The position numbers and the translations under genes are program-made. 15,222 nt of DNA, taken from positions 1-15,222 of the forward strand of contig JAUQVK010000049.1 in the NCBI GenBank assembly GCA_039794845.1, written 5' to 3'. Position 1 is the first letter of the stretch. Each line of letters starts with the position of its first letter. The notes under the pieces are model-generated. The model ran no database searches and was not told the origin of the DNA. It saw only the letters and a program-made list of their open reading frames with translations. Shown in pieces: positions 8,086 through 14,848 of this stretch. This DNA comes from Thermostichus sp. DRC_bins_24 (GTDB lineage: Bacteria > Cyanobacteriota > Cyanobacteriia > Thermostichales > Thermostichaceae).

Positions 8086-10704
8086 TTGCGTGTGCCACTG
8101 CTGCGTTCTGCCCTTTTGCGCCGTTGGTTATCAGTAGCGCCGGATTGTCCAGCGCGAGAAGCCAGCCGCCGGATTGTCCAGAGGGATCCCGGGCTCCCGG
8201 CCATCCTCTGGGTTGAACAAGACAAACAACTGCTTGGGAGCTTGTCTGCACTGGATTTGTTGCGGGCACTGCAGGAAGGGATCCCCGCCCAAACCTCCAT
8301 CCGAGAACTTGGCTGGTCGGATCCTGTTTGTCTCAGTGCCCCTGCGAGTTCTGAGTCTCTAGAAACCCAAGAGCTAAGCTGTTTGTTGGATGCAGCCCGT
8401 CAGCTGGCCCAACGGCAGCTAGAAGCCTTGCCTGTTTTGGATGCCAAGGGTTATCCGAAAGGGCTCCTCACCCCCTTGAGCCTTTTACAAGCTCTAAAAC
8501 CCCTGAAGCTGTTCCAGCTCAACGCCGTGGGATCTTGGGTACAGCCTTTGCCATTGCAAGCGCCTGCAGATTTGCCCCTAGGTTCTTTGTTACCTTTGTT
8601 GGTACAACATCGGGCAGAATCCGTGTTGTTACGGGATCCGCAGCGCAATACCCCAATGGGCTGGATCCTTGCCGAGCAGATTTTACCGCTAGCCCACGCA
8701 AACCCCGACTGGCCTACCTTTCCTGCCCAAGCCGTCAGCCTGCCCTGTGGAGTGCCACTACACGCTTCAGACAGTTTGGCCGTAGCTTATGAGCGAATGC
8801 TGCAGGAGCCAAGTGCCAATCTTTTGGTGGTGAACAGCCGCGCCCAGGTGTTGGGAAGGTTATGCCCCCGTCATCTGTTGCAGTTGCTTCTGCCGGAGCA
8901 GCTTTTCTTGAACCTTCGCTCTGCTGAGGTAACCGAAGATTTGCCCAGAGAATTTCTACGGCGACCTGGAGATAGCGCTACGGCACGAAACTCAGATCCA
9001 GAAGTAGCGTCCTTAGATCGGTTTAAACGCCACTGGGCAGAAGAAGCCCTGCGCAAAAGCGAAAGCCTACGCCACGCCATTTTGGCCCACATGCCGGCGG
9101 TGATCTGGTTGGTGGATCGGGAACTGCGCTACACCTACTTCTCCGGGGCCGATCTGCAAAAATTTGGCATCGACCCACAGGCGGCCCTGGGCAGAACCCT
9201 GGCCGAGGTCTACGGGGAATCGGCAGAGGGCTGGCACACTCGCCATCATCGGTTGGCCCTAGAAGGGATCCCTTGCACCTACGAAGCCCAGGTGGCGGGG
9301 GTGACCTACGAGTGTCGGGTAGATTGGTTGCCCAACCACGAAGGGGTGATCGGCATTGCCGTCGATATCAGCGAGCGCAAAGAGGCAGAAGCCCGTCTGG
9401 AACGCTTGGCCCATTACGATCCCCTCACACAACTGCCCAACCGCACCCTCTTTCAGCGCCGCTTGCAGGAGTTCTTACAGCAGCCGCATCCCTTGGCGGT
9501 GTTGTTTTTGGATCTGGATGATTTCAAAACCATCAACGATAGCCTGGGCCACAGTGCCGGGGATCGGGTTTTGCAGATGATTGCCCAGCGGTTGCATGAG
9601 CAAGTACCCGCCGGGGATCTGATGGCCCGCATGGGGGGGGATGAGTTCACGTTTATTCTCACCCATCTCGACGACCGCAAGCGGGCTCTCACCTTGGCCC
9701 AGTCTTTGCTGGATACCTTCAAGCAGCCCATCCTATTGGACAATCATGAGCTGTACGTGAGCGGCAGCATTGGCATCAGCTTCTACCCGCAAGATGCCAC
9801 CGATCTGGATAGCCTGGTGCAGTATGCCGATGCCGCCATGTATCGGGCCAAAGCTCAGTCCCGCAACAGCTATCAGGTCCATCATTCCGACCCCCAGCCA
9901 GAAGCCCTGGGTCGCCTCACGTTAGAAAGTCGTCTACGCCGCGCCATTGAACAGGATCAGCTGCAGGTGCTCTACCAGCCCCAGTGGGATGTCAATGGGC
10001 AAAAAATTGTCGGGGCGGAAGCCCTGGTGCGCTGGCATCTCTCGGAACAGGAGTTTATCTCGCCCGAACAGTTCATTCCCTTGGCAGAAGAAACCGGCTT
10101 AATTTTGCCCCTCGGAGAATGGGTCTTGCGGCGGGCCTGTACTCAAGCCCAGAGCTGGCGCAAGCAAGGTTGGTCGCAGATCAAAGTGGCAGTGAATTTA
10201 TCGATGCGCCAGTTTCAGCAACAGGATATGGTGGCGCGGCTGAAGGCCATCTTGGCGGAAACCCAGTTGCCCGCTGCGGCCTTGGAGCTGGAAATTACCG
10301 AAACCACCGCCGCCAGCAATTTTGAACAAACCCTCGAGATCCTGCACAGGCTCTATCAACTGGGGGTGAAGTTGGCCATCGACGATTTTGGTACGGGCTA
10401 CTCTTCCATCAACTACCTAAAGCGGTTCCCCTTGCACAAGCTCAAGATTGATCAGTCCTTCATCCGCGATTTGAACACGACCATGGTACCCCTGAGCCGC
10501 TACGAAAAAAGCGATATCGCCGTGGTGGCGGCCATCATCGACTTGGGCCACAGCCTCAATTTGCGGGTGGCTGCCGAAGGGGTGGAAACCCTCTCCCAGT
10601 TGGATATTTTGCAAAGCCTCGGTTGTGACGAGGTGCAAGGGTTTCTCTTGGGTCGCCCCCTCACAGCAGCGGATTTTTTGCAGCAATTGCGTGAACACTC
10701 ATAA
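8086..10704 (+). CDS. CBS-PAS-GGDEF-EAL diguanylate cyclase/phosphodiesterase
   Basis: Four degenerate CBS-like repeats (e.g. ALPVLDAKGYPKGLLT, LLVVNSRAQVLGRL); PAS/PAC (ILAHMPAVIWLVDRELRY...GIAVDISERK); HYDPLTQLPNR; FLDLDDFKTINDSLGH; ARMGGDEF; GAEALVRW; LELEITE; DDFGTGYSS; KIDQSF; AEGVET; QGF. Start codon uncertain. Confidence 0.95.
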   Translation: MRVPLLRSALLRRWLSVAPDCPAREASRRIVQRDPGLPAILWVEQDKQLLGSLSALDLLRALQEGIPAQTSIRELGWSDPVCLSAPASSESLETQELSCLLDAARQLAQRQLEALPVLDAKGYPKGLLTPLSLLQALKPLKLFQLNAVGSWVQPLPLQAPADLPLGSLLPLLVQHRAESVLLRDPQRNTPMGWILAEQILPLAHANPDWPTFPAQAVSLPCGVPLHASDSLAVAYERMLQEPSANLLVVNSRAQVLGRLCPRHLLQLLLPEQLFLNLRSAEVTEDLPREFLRRPGDSATARNSDPEVASLDRFKRHWAEEALRKSESLRHAILAHMPAVIWLVDRELRYTYFSGADLQKFGIDPQAALGRTLAEVYGESAEGWHTRHHRLALEGIPCTYEAQVAGVTYECRVDWLPNHEGVIGIAVDISERKEAEARLERLAHYDPLTQLPNRTLFQRRLQEFLQQPHPLAVLFLDLDDFKTINDSLGHSAGDRVLQMIAQRLHEQVPAGDLMARMGGDEFTFILTHLDDRKRALTLAQSLLDTFKQPILLDNHELYVSGSIGISFYPQDATDLDSLVQYADAAMYRAKAQSRNSYQVHHSDPQPEALGRLTLESRLRRAIEQDQLQVLYQPQWDVNGQKIVGAEALVRWHLSEQEFISPEQFIPLAEETGLILPLGEWVLRRACTQAQSWRKQGWSQIKVAVNLSMRQFQQQDMVARLKAILAETQLPAAALELEITETTAASNFEQTLEILHRLYQLGVKLAIDDFGTGYSSINYLKRFPLHKLKIDQSFIRDLNTTMVPLSRYEKSDIAVVAAIIDLGHSLNLRVAAEGVETLSQLDILQSLGCDEVQGFLLGRPLTAADFLQQLREHS

Positions 10705-10791
10705 TCCGCCAAATGGCCTAGGTCGTTCTAGCCCTGTTCCCCCAAGACATCCGATACGATAAGAGGTGTTCTGCTTCCGTGAGATGCGGAT

Positions 10792-11067
10792 ATGCTCATC
10801 ACTCTGGAAAAGGCTGGGGAGATTCTTGCCAAAGGCTCCCATGCTGCCATTACCACCACCGATGGCAAGATCGCCTTGGTACCCAAGGGCAAAGAGACCT
10901 TGAAGCTGACTTCCACCGAAGCTGTCAACATGATGTTTTACGTTGTCCGCTCTGCTGAGCCGGCAGAAACCGTCATGACGCAACTGGAAGAGGCAATCGC
11001 CAAAGCCCAAGCTCCCGATCCGGCGGAAGAACGGGCCAGAAGATATCGAGAAATTCGCGGCACCTAG
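10792..11067 (+). CDS. Small hypothetical protein (91 aa)
   Basis: ATG-started ORF with protein-like composition, co-oriented with neighbours and followed immediately by a strong hairpin. No family recognised. Confidence 0.6.
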   Translation: MLITLEKAGEILAKGSHAAITTTDGKIALVPKGKETLKLTSTEAVNMMFYVVRSAEPAETVMTQLEEAIAKAQAPDPAEERARRYREIRGT

Positions 11068-11098
11068 GGGATCCGGTATTGGTGGTAGGCGGATCCCC
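11067..11098. terminator. GC-rich hairpin after the 91-aa ORF (possible terminator or 3' stabiliser)
   Basis: GGGGATCCG (11067-11075) / CGGATCCCC (11090-11098), perfect 9-bp stem with no U-tract. Confidence 0.4.
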
Positions 11099-11106
11099 CA
11101 GGGTAA

Positions 11107-11225
11107 GTGATATACTCCCGACACCCATACCGATGCACAGAGTGTGGGCTTCCCAGTGACCCTTGCCATTGCATTGGGCATACCCCGAGCCTTAAGGACG
11201 GGATGACCCACCGCCCTGTTCTTAC
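11107..11225 (-). mobile_element. Putative non-autonomous IS200/IS605 mini-element (left-end-like plus right-end-like hairpins, no ORF)
   Basis: Minus strand: AAGAACAGGGCGGTGGGTCATCCCGTCCTTAAGGCTCGGGG (left-end-like hairpin), then GGGAAGCCCACACTCTGTGCATCGGTATGGGTGTCGGGAGTATATCAC (right-end-like, ending TCAC at 11107). Confidence 0.5.
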
Positions 11226-11269
11226 AGCCCTTTACGCCCAAGGCACGCCGGTGCGTTCGCCCATGGCGG

Positions 11270-11368
11270 CCCATAGGGCACCGCTCGTCATGTGTAACAA
11301 CCGTGGAAGTTGAGATCGACCCTCTGGAGGGAGCAGGAAGCACAAGCCCCGTCCTATGGGTGGATGAC
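11270..11368 (+). mobile_element. Degenerate IS200/IS605 3' end / right end
   Basis: ...GCAGGAAGCACAAGCCCCGTCCTATGGGTGGATGAC resembles the AAGCCCCGTCC...GGGGTRGTTGAC right-end motif. It ends exactly where the Rpn-like reading frame begins. Left boundary uncertain. Confidence 0.45.
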
Positions 11369-11700
11369 GCTTTAACCAGGAGCTGATGCGGCAGCTGCTG
11401 CGGGAGGATGTGATGCGGGAGTCGGTGACCTATCAGGCATTGGTGGCCGAAAGTGAGCAACGAGGGCTCATCCGAGGGATCCAAGAGGGGATCCAACAGG
11501 GTCTCACCCAAGGGATCCAACAGGGGGAGGCAGAACTAACCCTACGTCAACTCAAGCAAAAAGTGGGATCCCTGCCCGATGCATTGGAGGCTCAGATTCG
11601 CTCGTTGCCGGTGGAACGTTTGGAAGCATTGGGCCTAGCTTTGCTAGAGTTTGAGACCTTGGCTGACCTCACTACCTGGCTGGAGGGAGTCACCCCTTAA
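11368..11700 (+). pseudogene. C-terminal part of an Rpn-family (PD-(D/E)XK 'putative transposase') protein with DUF4351-like domain; possibly still expressed from an internal start
   Basis: RFNQELMRQLLREDVMRESVTYQ...GIQEGIQQG...EAELTLRQLKQKVGSLP...IRSLPVERLEALGLALLEFETLADLTTWL is the typical cyanobacterial Rpn/DUF4351 C-terminus. In-frame TGA at 11365-11367 and no nuclease domain upstream. GGAGG at 11403-11407 precedes ATG 11413. Confidence 0.85.
11476..11526 (+). repeat. 12-bp coding tandem repeat (GIQE/GIQQ/GLTQ/GIQQ)
   Basis: gggatccaagag gggatccaacag ggtctcacccaa gggatccaacag ggg. Confidence 0.8.
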
Positions 11701-12022
11701 ATACTTCTTCTTCAAACTAAGCCTTGATGCAGCACATCACAGAGGCAAATCTAAAGATTGACTCAGTGTGTTGCAGCGCACGTGCAATACATTGAAGTCG
11801 GGACTAGGATTGACCCGGGTGAAAGAGTTCAGATTGCCTCTTGGTCTTGCAGGGTGATGAATGGCCAGGATGGCTGGCTGTCTAGGGGACTGTAATTGTC
11901 CTGATTTTTGTCGTTCAACCGCAAGAGAGCTGGCTCCCTGAGGAGGTGGGGGGAGCGGTTAAATTTCCTGAGTGCTTCTGACTCGGGCCGCTTGAACCCC
12001 TTGAAACCTTTAGGGATCCCTT

Positions 12023-14338
12023 ATGAAATGGAGCATCGGCTGGAAACGGGGAATAGCTCTGCTGCTGGTGTTGATACGCCTGGCTTTGCCCCTATTGATT
12101 TACGGCTGTAGTGGAGGAGGAAGCACCGCTTCTTCCAGCTTGCCCCCGCCCAGACCCGAGCCCACTCCCGCGGCTACTCCCCCTGCACCGACTTCTCCAC
12201 CCGGGATCCCTGCCCCAACTCCATCATCCCCTCCCCTTAATCCTGAACTGCCGACCTCACCCCCTCCGGTTCTCCCCTCCGGGCCAGGGGTCATTCTGGA
12301 TGCCACCACCCTAGATGGGATCCCGCGCACCCTGGGAGAGAGCCTTTTCCTACAGGCTGCAGTCACAGGAGTGGAATGGTGGGCCAGCGAGTGTGATGGT
12401 TTCTGCAACCCCCCCCAACTTTTGGGTCGAGGAGCCAACGTCACCTACCGTGCCGAACACGTGGGCATGGTCACCCTGACGGCCCGCTTGGGAGAGCAAC
12501 AAGCCAGAGTCAGCTTCACCGTCAGCCCTGCCGACATTGCAGTGGCCCCCAGAGTCAAGGTGCTCCCCGAGGGAGTAGCAGTGTCAGGGGATCCCCAACA
12601 GGGTTCATTTCAACTGACCGATAGCCCGATTTTGCCCACCCTGTATGTCGGGGATGTGGTGATTGGGTCAAGACTGTCACCCTTACAAATTACGGCTATT
12701 CAACCCCAGGGAGAGAATTGGCTCCTACAAGGGATCCCGGCCTTACCCAAACAACTAGTTCGTCGGGGTAGTGTGCGCTTTGGGAATGTGCCGCTACAAC
12801 TGACGGCGCAGGTAGAACCCACAACGCTGGTAGAGGAACCTATTGTCGCCCGCCGGTTACAGCCTTTGCCCCGTTGGGAGAACTTCCAAACCGCTGGGGA
12901 TCCCACCCCAATCGGGATGAAGGTAGTGGCTTCTGGATCCCTGGATTGGCAAAGCACTCTGAGTGGCAGTCTCAGTTTTGATGCAGATGTCGGGGATGGC
13001 CTCAGCGGCTTTGTTCTCAACCAGCAAGCACAAGTTCAAGTCGAGCTTCAGCTCCAAGCAGAGGGGTTCTCCCGTTGGCAAGAGGATGCCCAAGGACAAT
13101 TTCTTTTGCCCCCTCAAGCGCGGGCTTTGGTTGTGCAGGTGGGGCCAGTCCCAGTTTCTATTGAGATTTTCATCAGTGAGGCCTTGGGCTATCAGGCCAA
13201 TCTCTGGCTCAATGGCAGAGCGGGGTTGACCTACGGCTTGGTGGGAGGAAGCTTAGAAGAATCCATCCGTTACGACCCTACCCAAAGTCAGCCCTGGCAG
13301 AGACAGGCCCAGATGCAAGCAGGGCAGTGGCAGGGATCTGTTGCTGCAGATATCTCCGGGGTGATGAGTGTGTTGGTGCACCCGCAAGTGGAGGTCAGCC
13401 TGTTTGGGGCCTCCAACGCGGGCGGAATGGTCATTGCCGGGGTTTTAGCCGGGGGATCCCGTGATGTCAGGGTAGAGCAGTCGCTGTCTGGCAGCCAGTT
13501 GTTGGGGCGGGTGCGGGGGCACAACAGCAGTGTCCTGGTGGGGCAACTGGGGTATGTGGATGGGGGAGGTGGGTTGACAGAGTTAGACCCTGCCAATCTG
13601 AGTCCAAGAGGGTTGGAGACCCGGTTTGAGGTGAGTGGACGCTTTCGAGAGACGGAGGCAACACTGGTTGTTCTTGGAGTATCGGTCACTGCTGCGAAGC
13701 TACCTCAAATTCTTGCTTTGATAGCGGCTCTGCTACCGCAGGTGGCGGTAGTGGCGGTGCCGGTAGCGGTGGGGTTCTTGGTACTGGCCATTTTGGATGC
13801 CGGGGTAGCCGATACTCCTGGTCTCCAAACCGGGGATCCGATTCCGCCGGATTTTGCTCTCAGACTGGAGCAAGTGCAACAGGAGATTGGCAAACTAGTT
13901 GGCGAGGAGGATGAGGAGCCACGGCCTGCTCCTTCAGGGGGCTCTGGTAATTGCCCGCCTACCCCTACACCAACTGAGCAATGCGATGGAGATGGGCCTC
14001 TAGAAGGTGAGACAGACTACCAAGTCAACAATCCGAATGATCCTTCAGACACTATTACCGACATTGATAGAATTGAAGGAGGTATTCTGTGGGAGGTGAA
14101 AACCGCTATATTTGCAATCGATATTGAAAGATGGGTTCGAGAAAAAATCCGAAATAAGTTTTACAGATATCTCAGAGCTAGACAATACCTAAGCTGCTAT
14201 GAGAACGCGCCTATTGGATTTGAGTTTCAAGGGAGCACAGGAATTGATCCAATATTTAAGTCGATGATAGAAGCCGAAGTGCAAAGGCTACGAATCGAAA
14301 ATCCAGGAGTTAATATTCTGTTGAGGTTCTTGCCATAA
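12023..14338 (+). CDS. Predicted lipoprotein with C-terminal PD-(D/E)XK (restriction-endonuclease-fold) domain; candidate polymorphic toxin
   Basis: Signal peptide MKWSIGWKRGIALLLVLIRLALPLLIYG|C (Cys29 at 12107); Ser/Gly/Pro-rich tether; Ig/PKD-like and beta-rich domains; hydrophobic helices at about 13660-13800; Pro/acidic linker; tip with TDIDRIEGGILWEVK (D...ExK) at 14057-14101 in AT-richer DNA. Confidence 0.8.
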   Translation: MKWSIGWKRGIALLLVLIRLALPLLIYGCSGGGSTASSSLPPPRPEPTPAATPPAPTSPPGIPAPTPSSPPLNPELPTSPPPVLPSGPGVILDATTLDGIPRTLGESLFLQAAVTGVEWWASECDGFCNPPQLLGRGANVTYRAEHVGMVTLTARLGEQQARVSFTVSPADIAVAPRVKVLPEGVAVSGDPQQGSFQLTDSPILPTLYVGDVVIGSRLSPLQITAIQPQGENWLLQGIPALPKQLVRRGSVRFGNVPLQLTAQVEPTTLVEEPIVARRLQPLPRWENFQTAGDPTPIGMKVVASGSLDWQSTLSGSLSFDADVGDGLSGFVLNQQAQVQVELQLQAEGFSRWQEDAQGQFLLPPQARALVVQVGPVPVSIEIFISEALGYQANLWLNGRAGLTYGLVGGSLEESIRYDPTQSQPWQRQAQMQAGQWQGSVAADISGVMSVLVHPQVEVSLFGASNAGGMVIAGVLAGGSRDVRVEQSLSGSQLLGRVRGHNSSVLVGQLGYVDGGGGLTELDPANLSPRGLETRFEVSGRFRETEATLVVLGVSVTAAKLPQILALIAALLPQVAVVAVPVAVGFLVLAILDAGVADTPGLQTGDPIPPDFALRLEQVQQEIGKLVGEEDEEPRPAPSGGSGNCPPTPTPTEQCDGDGPLEGETDYQVNNPNDPSDTITDIDRIEGGILWEVKTAIFAIDIERWVREKIRNKFYRYLRARQYLSCYENAPIGFEFQGSTGIDPIFKSMIEAEVQRLRIENPGVNILLRFLP

Positions 14339-14362
14339 TAATTGTAGTGGAGAGATTATGAG

Positions 14363-14725
14363 ATGAGTATTTATTTTAAGGACGAGTCAGGAGAAATATT
14401 ATGGAGCCCGAGTAATAATGTAGGATTTCTATTTATTGACCAGGTGAGAATCATAGAAAAGCTGCTTAGCCTTGACAGTGGGATACATTTTAGCGAAGGA
14501 GATACTCTTATGATCGATAAATCTCAGTATCAACTTTTTGTTAATTATCTCGTCACATATATATGCAGATCAAATAATGAACCCTTAAAATTACTTTTGT
14601 CAGGCTGTACATCAGTTATTATTTCTATTGCCATGAAGCTAAAGATCGATTCCGAGTTGCATCGTGAAACTATCTCAGACTTGATCGCTAAGGCTGCTGA
14701 AATAAAGGATAAACTTCCATGCTAG
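14363..14725 (+). CDS. Candidate cognate immunity protein, DUF6086-like (120 aa)
   Basis: Starts 24 bp after the toxin stop, with GGAG at 14349-14352; AT-rich. MS.YF....E.LW.PSN....LF..QV...E..L.L.SGI.....D...ID pattern recalled from DUF6086-family proteins found next to toxin genes. Confidence 0.7.
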   Translation: MSIYFKDESGEILWSPSNNVGFLFIDQVRIIEKLLSLDSGIHFSEGDTLMIDKSQYQLFVNYLVTYICRSNNEPLKLLLSGCTSVIISIAMKLKIDSELHRETISDLIAKAAEIKDKLPC

Positions 14726-14848
14726 GATACTTCTTAAAAAAGTTGAAAATATGTTTGCAGGAACAGAGAATGGAGGTAGCTTGATAAAGCTGTTATTCTT
14801 TATGCGCCAAATTATAATATCCCAGCTGGATCAGCAGGAGTGCTAGCA

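Larger units (their letters stand above)
597..13460. repeat. Highly iterated palindrome GGGATCCC (HIP variant)
   Basis: About 20 exact copies found by eye (e.g. 597, 1302, 2432, 3664, 4010, 4432, 6549, 6958, 7056, 7975, 8183, 8278, 9265, 11565, 12013, 12203, 12317, 12588, 12731, 12897, 13453), plus many GGATCC near-matches. About one or fewer would be expected by chance. Confidence 0.9.

Noticed and set aside
11107..11313. 68-aa ORF with CTEC...CHC, resembling a Zn finger
   Set aside because: The Cys pattern falls within the IS right-end-like hairpin read on the opposite strand; likely coincidental.
10699..11520. 273-aa minus-strand ORF
   Set aside because: Spans the antisense of two plus-strand genes and IS-like ends; no coherent domain.
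11476..11526. Repeats as a CRISPR array
   Set aside because: 12-bp in-frame coding repeats without spacers; no cas genes or CRISPR-length repeats anywhere in the window.
11701..12022. Possible ncRNA or small gene upstream of the toxin gene
   Set aside because: Only short imperfect palindromes (e.g. TTGCAGCGCACGTGCAA) and an unsupported 67-aa ORF; treated as promoter region.
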